64,000 nucleotides of DNA from the human T2T-CHM13v2.0 reference genome, Homo sapiens: the NCBI RefSeq assembly GCF_009914755.1, contig NC_060930.1, one strand, 5' to 3'. Shown here piece after piece: positions 55,979 through 64,000 of the stretch (position 1 is the first letter of the stretch; each line of letters begins with the position of its first letter). A program made the position numbers and the translations under genes. Under the pieces are notes generated by a model, which ran no database searches, was not told the DNA's origin, and saw only the letters and a program-made list of their open reading frames with translations.

Positions 55979-56058
55979 TAAGGTTAGACCATGTAAACTT
56001 GCTGAAATTCAGTTGTTTCTGACCTACAATAATGGCAATTTCATATGGTTGAACCTAA
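55979..56058. mobile_element. MADE2 mariner-derived MITE (80 bp, palindromic)
   Basis: TAAGGTTAGACCATGTAAACTTGC...GGCAATTTCATATGGTTGAACCTAA; inverted termini; internal TGACCTACAA. Confidence 0.85.
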
Positions 56059-56586
56059 TGGTTTGTCTCAGTCATTAGTTAGTGGTGCCTCCTCCCCTAG
56101 GTAGAGTTTTCCAATTGTGTTGGGATGGTATTTTCACTCTTGTAACATTCCCAACTTGTATCAGAATTCCCTTCATCTTCCCTCCTCTACTTTTATATTA
56201 TTCTATTCCGTCATTTTTCTCCTAGATACGACTGGACAGATTGTTTACTTATAGCAGTCCCTATATGTTAATCCATTTCTTTGGTCAACAAATTCTCAAA
56301 CATCAGACCTTAAAGGTCAAAGAAAATCCCTGTGTTGAATTCAGTACCATGTATACAGAATTAGTCAACTATTGCGGCTCTTTCCCTATTATCTATCCCT
56401 ATTTCTGTTACTGTTGATGTTGTCTGGGAGTATCTAAACACTCCCAGGAATTCAGGTACTTGAGAGGACTGTCTGGATAACAACGTCTGGTTATCTGATG
56501 TCAACTTCTGAACCTCTTGGCAGGAGTCCTAAGGCCTGCATAGAAGATTGGCTCTAGGACAAATGCTATCAAGAAAATATTCCCAT

Positions 56587-56882
56587 TGGGTGCAGGTGGC
56601 TCATCCTTTTAATCCAAATCACTCAGGAGGCTGAGGTGGGAGGATTCCTTGAGGCCAGGAGTTTGAGACCTGCTTGGGCAACATAGCAAGACCCTATCTC
56701 TAAAAAAATAAAATAAATTAGCAGGGCATGGTGGTGTGCACTAGAAGTTCCAATTACTCCAGAGGCTGAGGTGAGGGGATCACTTGAGCCCAGGAGTTCA
56801 AGGCTGCAGTGAGCTGTAATCACACCACTGCACTCTAGCTTGGATGACAGAGCAAGACCCCATCTCTAAAAATATAATAAAA
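56587..56882 (+). mobile_element. AluJ (Jo-like)
   Basis: GAGGCCAGGAGTTTGAGACC..GGGCAACATAGC; GAGTTCAAGGCTGCAGTGAGC. Confidence 0.93.
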
Positions 56883-57151
56883 GACAAATAAGAAACTAGT
56901 CCCCCATAATTCAAACATGCTTATTACTCACTATGATTACAGATCAAAATAACTACCAGCTTCAGTGGATTAAGTATCTAAACCTTGATGTGATTGGCCA
57001 ATAGTTTGATTACTACCATGTGTGTATTACATATGCACATGTATTCAATGCTGATACAATAATCTGTAAATAGAAAAGTGCAATAGTTTTCTATATGCAG
57101 TTTCAGTAGTACCAAAGCTAATTACCAGTTGAGAAGAATTTGGCTTTATAA

Positions 57152-58604
<1,453 letters not shown>

Positions 58605-58967
58605 GAGGTGCTAAATATGATCTAGTGAGTTCTGTGGCAGACATTTTTAAGTAGAAACAGGGACAATATCTTGTTATGGCTTCTTGATGGGGTCAAAGGC
58701 TGTATTGCCTTCTAGCTACCGGTAAAGAAATTCTCTAACCCTAACCAACAAGTGCCTCAGCCCCTACCTCTGCAAACTGCAGTCAGTCTGAAGGCAATCT
58801 GCCATGCCAGAAAGCCAGTTTTCAGAATCTCCCTTTCAGAAATCTAATATGGAAATAGACAGTCTTGTAAAGACTTGCATTATCTATTTACTAGTGAATA
58901 GATGAATATCTACTTGCCATTAAATATAGCAATTAACCAATACCAGTCAACAATCATTGAGCTGCTT

Positions 58968-59294
58968 CTTTTTTTTTTCTTTATTTCTTCTGAAAAAACA
59001 AATGGAATACATGTGCAGAACATGCAGTTTTGTTACATAGGTATATGTGTGCCATGGTGGTTTGCTGCATCTATTGACCCATCCCCTAAGTTTTCTCCCC
59101 TCACCCCCTACCCCCCAACAAGCCCTGGTGTGTGCTGTTCCCCTCTCTGTGTTCATGTGTTCTCAATGTTCAACTCCCACTTATGAGTGAGAACATATGG
59201 TGTTTGGTTTTCTGTTCCTGTGTTAGTTTGCTGAGGATGATGGCTTCCAGCTTCATTCATGTCCCTGCAAAGGACATGATCTCATTCCTTTTTA
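58968..59294 (-). mobile_element. L1PA7/8-like 3' end
   Basis: CTTTATTTCTTCT..ATACATGTGCAGAAC..GTGCCATGGTGGTTTGCTGC..GTCCCTGCAAAGGACATGAT; TSD GAGCTGCTTCTTT. Confidence 0.92.
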
Positions 59295-60728
59295 AGAGCT
59301 GCTTCTTTGTATAAGTGCCTGGTGGTTAACACAAGTGCCTAGCAGGTGTTCAATAAATTGTTCTTCCACTAAATTAAAAAGAGTAAAATAAAGGCCTAAT
59401 CTCAGGGGCACTATAATCTTCTCATAAGAATACAATGTGTTTGTATAATGTTTTTATTTCATCACCTACATAATCAAATCCTATCTACACACAGCATGTA
59501 TTAGACTTCATTTTACCAATGAATAAAATTGAAGCTAACAGTACATCAGAGATTTGTCCAACAGTTACAACCTAGGAAGTAGTGAAACTAAACTAAACTC
59601 TAGGCCTTCTAATGTGTAATTCAATGATAGTTCTACCAAATCTCCCTGGTTCACTAAATCAAACTGAAAAGGAAACGCTTTTGGTAACAGAGGAAAACCA
59701 TAGCCACATTCACTGATGTCCCAAATGGGTTGAAAAATGAGTCCCACTTTCTGCAATAAATGGCCCTCAATTAATAATTTATTGGTCATAGGTTACAGGT
59801 TATCATAGTCATATCATATTGATAGGCCTATAAATGTTTTACCATTAGTAAAAAGAAAATTTCAAGATTTGGGAGTCATGGGAAATCTTTGCACCTTCCT
59901 CTCAATTTACTGTGAACCTAAAACTTCTCTAAAAAAACCTAAGTCACTCAAAAGAAAAATATGGGTCAACAATACTTTTTTAGAGATGCCATGGATTTTT
60001 TTGTCAAGCATTTTGCAATTTTTTTTTTACTGGAGGGAAAGGATTTTGTAGAAATCCTTTGAAAGGCTGAATTATTATGGAAAATAATTTTGAACTTTGA
60101 GAACATTAAATTCCTTTGTTTCCCAAAGCTTTGTGGCAAAAAAGAGATGCTCTGGAAAACTTTTCAAGCACTTAGAATTTTACAGTGATGTAAAAGTTGT
60201 CTGATACCTATTATGAGTAATAGTACCTGGTTAGTTTTCTATTGCTTTTCTTTGAATTACGGTTTTCCACCAAGCAACATTAAACAGGAAAGACAAAGAT
60301 CAAATACTCTTCCGATCAACTGATGCTCATTTTATCTAATACAAATGACAAAAAGGGAATAGTAAAGAACAGAAACAGTTTTTCTGTCACTTGCAAAATA
60401 GTATTGGGAACTTAGTTCTGCCAAAGAAATTAAGAAATATGTGACATCTCTATCTGCCTTTATTTTTCCTTTGGTTATTTTTGTATTTAACGAGACAAAA
60501 ACATTCAACAGTGTACATAAACTTTTCCCACATTTTAAATTTATTTTTGAATGATAACCTTTAAATTCACAATAAGTTCTGACATAAAGGTACATTTATG
60601 ATGGGCCCTTTATCATGAGTACCTGAGTAGGAGGAGACATACACTGAAAACTTTGCTGGGGAAGAAGTAACATTGTCTTGCCAGATGAGAGTGGAAATCA
60701 CATTTTAGCCCTTTGTAATACTCTAAAC

Positions 60729-60941
60729 CGAGGGTTAGTAACCTATGGACCAAATCCAGCTTTCCACTTGTTTTTGTAAATAAAGTTTAATTAGAACATA
60801 ATTACACCTATTCATTTACAGTTTGTAGCTGCTTTTGCACTACAACTGCAGTGCTGAGTAGCTCCTAGAGAGACCATATGGCTCACAAAATCTAAAATAT
60901 TTACTATCTGGTCATTTACAGAAAAAGTTTGTCCACCCCTG
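60729..60941 (+). mobile_element. MER58A hAT-Charlie element
   Basis: TGTTTTTGTAAATAAAGTTT..AAAATATTTACTATCTGG..TTTACAGAAAAAGTTTG..CCCCTG; degenerate 8 bp TSD CTCTAAAC/CTATAAAT. Confidence 0.9.
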
Positions 60942-61344
60942 CTATAAATCTTTCTCTCTTCCCTTCCTCTCCTACAGATGGCAATAACTAGTGGCAAAAA
61001 AAAAAAAAAGGCCTAGACTCTCTTATGGCAAGAAGTGGAAAATAACGCATTTTTTCTGGATTGTGCAGGTGATACTTCTGGGTCCCTGCCAGCCTCGTGC
61101 ATTTTCAAGGGCCTAGGAATCAGAAACCATTTCTGACTCTTTGACAGCATAGCCCTCCTCCCACTACTCTCTAAATAGAAGCATTGACATCAGAGTATCC
61201 TAAAACAACCAAATATGGGACATGTTTATTTAGTGCATCCCTGTCAGCTTACTAATTAGAAAACTGAGTTATGTTTCTCTTTTAAAAAATAGGACAGGTG
61301 CCCATGAAAACTGAAAATTTAGGCCAAACTATCTATGCTAATAA

Positions 61345-61647
<303 letters not shown>

Positions 61648-64000
61648 TAACACTTTCTACTTTTACATCTCCCAGCGCCATTTAATATGTTTTAGTTTCA
61701 ACTATGCACCTAAAACAGTAATAACAAAATTTAAGTAAACATCTCTAGAACTTTCAGTGAAGGATAAAATATGTTAGGTAAAGCCACATTTTTGTCTTTC
61801 TTCTTATCCTCCTAATGTGTTTCTACCTACATAAAATCATCAACTTCAATTTTTTTTTTTGGTCACAAAAAAAAGCTTGATGCTTATATACATAGCAGCA
61901 GCAAGAAAAAAAACATACCTTTTTTCTTTACTTACCAGACCCCAGAGGAGTGACTACAGCTTTAAAGCTGACTGTGAATATATTTTTGGAGAGAGGAAGT
62001 TTGTGTTGTCTAGTGTCCATCGCTTGCCAACTTTTCTGATCTATAAAATACTTCAGTGACTTCACACACTGATGCTGGCTTTCAGCTTTCTTTTAGCTCT
62101 GGTCACCAAGAGCAACAAGTGCCATTGTAGGTCAATCCCTAGAGAAACATCTGTCTTCTCTATTCCTTGGGCAGGTACTTTCATGTGTAGTAGTTTCAGA
62201 GTTTATGGTTATTTCTCTCTGGAGACCATCTGTCTGCTGGGTTTATTTTTTCCTGATGTTGTACCACATCATAAAGTCTACTGCCAAGAGTACTTTACTC
62301 AAGAAGATTTTGTTTTCTGCTGTTTTAGTCACTTCACTGCTTTATTTCTGTAAGCCAAATCAAGTGGACAAAATCAGTAGCAATTCCCCACTCCACGGCC
62401 CTGTAGCATAACCTGGCTCAGTTTGGTTGCAAGTTCTTATGACTGCTTTAAAACATTCTCCTCACACAATAAGTGATGGGTCCTCTTGTATATACGTGTA
62501 ACAAAGAGCTGCACTGAGATTTTCCATGAAATGTGAATGCGCTCAGAAAGCCTTTCCAAGTTTTTTAAAACAAGTGAATCATGTAGGTCTAATCAGTTGA
62601 AAGTAACCAAATTCATAATTGATTTTTATTAGCAAATATAGTACTTTGAAATAGCTTTTTATGCTGCATGACCCAAGGTTAACAAAAAAATAGCTTTTTG
62701 TTTCCAGGGAAAAATAAGTTTAAGCTTATTTTTATCCTTTCTTACTTTAGTTCCCAATAATCATACTTAAATAAATGTACTCCAGAGTTTCTATTTTTCA
62801 TTTTCAGATAATGTAATGGTTATTATCATATAGTCATAGAAAATTGCAATGGTTAAGTCATTATTTGCCTAATAAATTTACAACCTTTTTACGGAAAAAT
62901 GATTCCGGCCAGACAAATGTTGTCAAACACCTTTTAATGTGTTTTCAACCTTTGTCATAGCTCACTTTCTTGCATAAACAGAGCCTTCCAAACAAAGCAT
63001 GGAAAATTTAAACCACATAGATTCGTATTATCAAAACTATTACACCGGATTATTTTCCATAGTGTCAGCATTGACATTAATTTCTTGAGAAGATAACTTT
63101 AAAAGGAACACTCACATGGATTTTACAATGTCTCTTCCTCACCCTTACAAATAACTTTTATTCATTCACGGCTATAATTAGCACTTCCTGTAAGGCAGCC
63201 CTTTTCTCGGTTGTGGATGGGCACACTGTGAATTCATTAGCATGGTAGCCAGGTCAGCAGAGTCATTAGTGGTCATTTTAATGATGACTTGGAAACCCTG
63301 CCTGGTCAATTTAAGTGAGGCTCATTCCCATGTACTGACTGCAGCCAAGCAGCTTCACAATATTACCCATTTATTTAGGCAGCTTCAAATAGTTTCCCAG
63401 GAACTGGAGTAACAAGAAGCTGAATGCAGAGGTCTGTGTGTCAAGAAGTTTCCATGACTAGTGAACCCTGAGCACTTCTCTGTACACATTCAAACCCAAC
63501 TCTTACATTCATTCTTCAAATGGGTTTGCTTAGACCAAGCCAGATTACTTGAGCACCTTAAATTTTGCTGGGTATTGTTTCATGTTTTACATTTATAAGT
63601 GTTTTGCATTTTAAGCAGGGATTTTATATAATAAACCAATATAATTCATTGTCATCATTGTTATCCATGTTAGCGAAAACTTGTAAAATTATGTAGCAAT
63701 TATGTGTCAACTGGCATTTTTAACTCTCTTTGGTATTTATTTATTTATTATGTTAAAACACAGATTCTCATTTTGAGGCTATCTCATTTTATTCTCAAAA
63801 CAATACTAGAGGAGAAGTAGTGAGGATGTGGAAAGGAAGCCATGTACCTGGGACACAAAGAGTATGAGCTTGGGGATCAGCTGACATCTGACTTGCAGAC
63901 TGTGGCTGCAGGCAGGGGAAGTAGCACACAAAAGCATCAAGTTTCATTATTATATCATGTTATTATGTTACAGCATGATATTGTGCAGGAAACAGAAACC

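Overview
AT-rich, CpG-depleted primate genomic DNA, most likely human or great ape (AluY, AluS, AluJ and L1PA elements are present). I recognise no host protein-coding exon, RNA gene or CpG island, so the window looks intergenic or deep-intronic, and I cannot name the locus. Much of it is interspersed repeat: about 22 Alu/FLAM/FRAM copies, L1 fragments (including a 1.45 kb 5'-truncated L1PA with a frameshifted ORF2 C-terminus), a probable HAL1, L2 and MIR relics, a MER34/39-like solo LTR, the DNA-transposon fossils MER20, MER5, MER82, MER58A and MADE2, and microsatellites. Repeat families and subfamilies were assigned from remembered consensus features, not a database search; boundaries of old elements are approximate. 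Apart from the L1 ORF2 remnant, the supplied ORFs look spurious. I see no evidence for a new multi-gene system. The most unusual structures are traces of local template copying. (1) A 233 bp segment is copied 1754 bp downstream (232/233 identical) and flanked by a 17 bp target-site duplication. (2) Two older short direct duplications have offsets of 848 and 944 bp. (3) An Alu monomer carries a fold-back copy of its own 5' end. Candidate spliced exons and enhancer-like motif clusters are reported at low confidence.
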